Source: Vicinamibacterales bacterium (GTDB lineage: Bacteria; Acidobacteriota; Vicinamibacteria; Vicinamibacterales; UBA8438). Taken from it: DNA of 64,000 nt. The translations under genes were made by a program, and so were the position numbers. The first letter of the stretch is position 1. The number at the start of each line of letters is the position of its first letter. The stretch spans positions 1,137,030 through 1,201,029 of the forward strand of contig CBDCCO010000007.1 in assembly GCA_965214845.1 (NCBI GenBank), given 5' to 3'. This document shows positions 61,362 to 64,000 of this stretch, piece after piece. A model generated the notes under the pieces. The model was not told where the DNA came from. It saw only the letters and a list, made by a program, of their open reading frames with translations, and searched no databases.

Positions 61362-62291
61362 CTACCGTTCCTCCTGCGCGCTCGCGAGCACCTTGCGCAC
61401 CTCGCGCCCCGCGCCGCCCGCTGCTGCGTCGCCCGCGGCCTCCTCGAAGACCACGGCCGCGGGCGTCACCGCCTTCACGACGCCGTCGAGCAGGCGCTCC
61501 GCGCCGCGCACGACGTACGTCCGTTCGCCGGGCGCCTCGAGCACGCCCAGGTGGCGCCCCCCGGCGCGAACCAGTCCCCGCAGCGCGAGCTCGGCGATAC
61601 GCACCCCGGCCAGCCCGCGCGGGCGGTCGACGGCGCCGCGGCCTCCGTCGGCGGCGGGCCGCGGGCCGGCGAACGGGTCGCGGCGTCCCTGCGGGTCGTA
61701 CGCCCCCTCCCGCTGCGCGGGCGCCGGGGGCGCGGCCAGCTCCGGGTGGAACGTCGTGACGATGCAGGCCGCGGCGATCGTTGCGCCGCGCCCGGGCGGC
61801 TCGATCGCACGCAGGTCGAGCCCGCCGATGCGAACCATCCGCGGCAGGCGGCCGACGTGCTCGAAAAAGCGCGCCAGCTCGTGAAATGTCCCGCTCAACT
61901 CGAGGCGGCTGGCCCGCTCCTCGTGGAACTCCCCCGCCTCGGCGGCCTGGGGCGCGAAAGCGCGAATCGCCAGATTCGACGCGTTCGCCAGGGTCTGCAG
62001 CCGCCGCAGCAGCGCGCCCGTGTCCCACGGATCCGCGGCAACGGCGGTCAACCGGCCGCTGCGTCGCTCGCGCGCCGCGAGCTGCGCCGCGAGCTGCGAC
62101 CGCCGCCGCTCGGCCTCCCGGGCGGCGGCGATCTCGCCGCGCGTCCGCGCCAGCTCCTGCTCGCGGCGCGCGATGTCGCGGCGCCCGGGCGCGATCCACG
62201 CGGCGTGGAAGACCAGCACCCCCAGGACGGCGGCCAGCAGGATGACGCCCACCTGGCCGTACCACGGCAGCCCGTGCAGTCCCAGCTTCAT
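61362..62291 (-). CDS. pilO: type IV pilus assembly protein PilO fused to PilP
   Basis: The N-terminus, MKLGLHGLPWYGQVGVILLAAVLGVLVF plus a coiled coil plus ..LELSGTFHELARFFEHVGRLPRMVRI, is PilO-like. The C-terminus, ..RRDPFAGP...LRGLVRAGGRHLGVLEAPGERTYVVRGAERLLDGVVKAVTPAAVVFEE, is PilP-like. Confidence 0.75.
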   Translation of the reverse strand: MKLGLHGLPWYGQVGVILLAAVLGVLVFHAAWIAPGRRDIARREQELARTRGEIAAAREAERRRSQLAAQLAARERRSGRLTAVAADPWDTGALLRRLQTLANASNLAIRAFAPQAAEAGEFHEERASRLELSGTFHELARFFEHVGRLPRMVRIGGLDLRAIEPPGRGATIAAACIVTTFHPELAAPPAPAQREGAYDPQGRRDPFAGPRPAADGGRGAVDRPRGLAGVRIAELALRGLVRAGGRHLGVLEAPGERTYVVRGAERLLDGVVKAVTPAAVVFEEAAGDAAAGGAGREVRKVLASAQEER

Positions 62292-62306
62292 GTTCGGCGT
62301 TCCTCC

Positions 62307-62876
62307 TCACGGCGCCGGCGCGCCGAACCGGACGCGCAGCGCAAATCGCACCGCCTCGCCGGCGGGCGTGTCCGCCGCCTGGCTGTCGATGATCTCGATG
62401 CGGGACGCCGCCTGGTGCGAGCGCTCCAGGTTGGCCACGAAGTCCGAGAGCGCGTGCAGGCTCGCGGCATGACCCTCGACGACCACGCCTGCCGGCGACT
62501 GGCTGAGGGCGGACAGCCACAACCCGTCCGGCACGCTGCGGCCGATCGCGTCGAGCAAACGGACCGGGTCCCCGCGCGTTCGGCGCAGCTCCTCGATCAC
62601 TGCCTCGCGCCGGTCCAGCGCCGCGCGACGCGCCTCGAGGGCCTCCAGATCGTCCGCGGCCGGCGCCAGCCGCCGGAGCGTCCCGTTCGCCGCAGCCAGC
62701 TCCCGGGCGAGGTGTGCCGAGCGCGCCTGCAGCGACCAGGCGCTCCAGGCGATGGCCGCGGCGGCGGCCCCCAGGATCGCACCGCAGCCGAGCGCGAGCG
62801 GCCAGCGGGCAACCCGGCCTCCGGGCTGCTGCTGCCGCGGGACGCGGTCGCCGGCCAGCAGGTTGATGCGTATCAT
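62307..62876 (-). CDS. pilN: type IV pilus assembly protein PilN
   Basis: Last 189 codons of ORF 62307..63980: MIRINLLAGDR.. then a TM segment ..LDAIGRSVPDGLWLSALSQSPAGVVVEGHAASLHALSDFVANLE. The ATGA overlaps the pilM stop. Confidence 0.8.
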   Translation of the reverse strand: MIRINLLAGDRVPRQQQPGGRVARWPLALGCGAILGAAAAAIAWSAWSLQARSAHLARELAAANGTLRRLAPAADDLEALEARRAALDRREAVIEELRRTRGDPVRLLDAIGRSVPDGLWLSALSQSPAGVVVEGHAASLHALSDFVANLERSHQAASRIEIIDSQAADTPAGEAVRFALRVRFGAPAP

Positions 62877-63991
62877 CGGTCCTCGCCGCGGCGCAAAGCG
62901 AGCCCGGCGGCCACCACGGCGAGCGGCCCGAGCTCCGCCCGCTGCTCCGCGCTGACCCGGCCTTCCGCAACGGCCATCGCCCGGAACGGATCGAGCGGCG
63001 CGACCGGCGTGCCGAGCGCGCCCTCCAGCGCCGCCGCGAGCCCCGCGACGCGCGACGTGCCGCCGCTCAGCACGAGCGTGCGGATCGCGCTGGCCGGACT
63101 GGCCGTCCGAAACAGGTCGATCGTCCGGGCGATCTCCATCACGAGGTTGTCCGTGACGGCCCGCAGGACGGGCTCCGCATCGTGGTACGTGGCCCCGGCC
63201 ACCGGCGTGCCGGCCTTGAGCAGCTCCGCGTCGTCGAAGCCGAGGCCGAGCGCCTGCTGCAGGGCCTCCGTATAGGCGTTGCCGCCGATGGCCAGGTCGC
63301 GCGTGTATAGCGGCCGGCCATCCTGCACCACGCTCAGGCCGGTCGCGGCGGCGCCGGCGTGGAGCAGCGCGACGGCGCTGCCGGGCTCGCTGCCGTGGCT
63401 CCGTTCGTACGCGTTCTGGACCGCGAAGGCGTCGACGTCGACCAGCACGGGCAGGCGGCCGGCCCGCGTGACGACGTCGGCGTATTCGGCGATGCGGTCC
63501 TTCTTCGCCGCCACGAGCAGTACGTCGAGCGCCCGCTCGCCCGCCGCCTCCGCGGACGGCGTGAGCACCTGGTAGTCCAGGTTGACCTCCTCGACGTCGA
63601 ACGGCAGACAGCGCTTCGCCTCCCAGTAGATCGACGTCCGCAGCTCGCCGGGGCTCATCGCGGGCAGGGTGACCCGCTTGACGATGACGGCGTTGCCCGC
63701 GAGTGAGACAGCCACGCGCGGATTGCGGATCGCATGGTCCGCGAAGACCTTGCGGATGGCGCCCGTGACAACGTCGCGGTCCACGATGGCGCCGTCGACG
63801 ATCGCGCCCCGCGGCAACGGCTCGGCGCCGAGCGCCACGATGAGATGCGACCGGCCGTGCCGGCGGAGGCGGACCGCCTTCACGGCGGTCGAGCCGATGT
63901 CGAGACCGACCAGCGACGTGCCGCGCCGCCGGCGCCGCCGGCGGCTGCCGGGACTCGCGTCCGGCCGTGCGGGAGTGCAATGATTGCTCAC
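62873..63991 (-). CDS. pilM: type IV pilus assembly ATPase-like protein PilM
   Basis: 372 aa: LVGLDIGSTAVKAVRL...AVSLAGNAVIVKRVTLPAMSPGELRTSIYWEAKRCLPFDVEEVNLDYQVL...VDVDAFAVQNAY...IGGNAYTEAL...LVLSGGTSRVAGL. This is the actin-like PilM pattern. Confidence 0.9.
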   Translation of the reverse strand: MSNHCTPARPDASPGSRRRRRRRGTSLVGLDIGSTAVKAVRLRRHGRSHLIVALGAEPLPRGAIVDGAIVDRDVVTGAIRKVFADHAIRNPRVAVSLAGNAVIVKRVTLPAMSPGELRTSIYWEAKRCLPFDVEEVNLDYQVLTPSAEAAGERALDVLLVAAKKDRIAEYADVVTRAGRLPVLVDVDAFAVQNAYERSHGSEPGSAVALLHAGAAATGLSVVQDGRPLYTRDLAIGGNAYTEALQQALGLGFDDAELLKAGTPVAGATYHDAEPVLRAVTDNLVMEIARTIDLFRTASPASAIRTLVLSGGTSRVAGLAAALEGALGTPVAPLDPFRAMAVAEGRVSAEQRAELGPLAVVAAGLALRRGEDR

Positions 63992-64000
63992 CGTGCCATG

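Noticed and set aside
1-64000. tRNA, rRNA, tmRNA or riboswitch genes
   Set aside because: Scanning by eye, I found no cloverleaf-like or rRNA-like segments. I cannot exclude small RNAs without running tRNAscan or Infernal.

Overview
High-GC (about 70%) bacterial DNA. Positions ~1-61,045 read as one large mobile-element or genomic-island segment. It carries conjugative-element-type maintenance and anti-defence genes: a strawberry-notch-like methylase-helicase, two ParB-like proteins, a type IA topoisomerase, an ERF-like annealase, a DUF2493(SLOG)/DUF4326 polyvalent protein, a TrbC/VirB2-like pilin, a lytic transglycosylase, a UvrD-like helicase, a zeta-like kinase and a dCTP deaminase. It also holds three apparently intact IS elements (IS1634-, IS5/IS1182- and ISAzo13-family), decayed DarG-like macrodomain genes and many ORFans. 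No integrase, relaxase, T4SS ATPase, capsid or cas gene is visible in the window. The island abuts a truncated pilQ (61,045-61,359), followed by pilO/P, pilN and pilM, so a type IV pilus operon appears to have been interrupted. The most striking signals are these. (i) There are CRISPR-repeat mimics without cas genes. A tandem pair of type I-C-like repeats ends exactly at the ATG of a ParB-methyltransferase gene (55,043-55,118). A third I-C-like unit lies in the 5' UTR of the polyvalent gene (12,219-12,250). A degenerate 4-repeat type I-E-like mini-array (52,781-52,990) lies upstream of a toxin-antitoxin-like pair. (ii) There are two diverged copies of that pair, an unrecognised CCGWP-motif small protein plus an AbiEii-like nucleotidyltransferase. 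(iii) ~370-bp inverted repeats with a 228-bp near-identical AT-rich core flank 39.6 kb. (iv) The palindrome CCAACGCGTTGG recurs at about 10 sites, mostly intergenic. All functional calls are motif recognition by eye with no searches run. Most long Arg/Pro/Gly-rich ORFs in the track are off-frame or antisense artefacts of the GC content.
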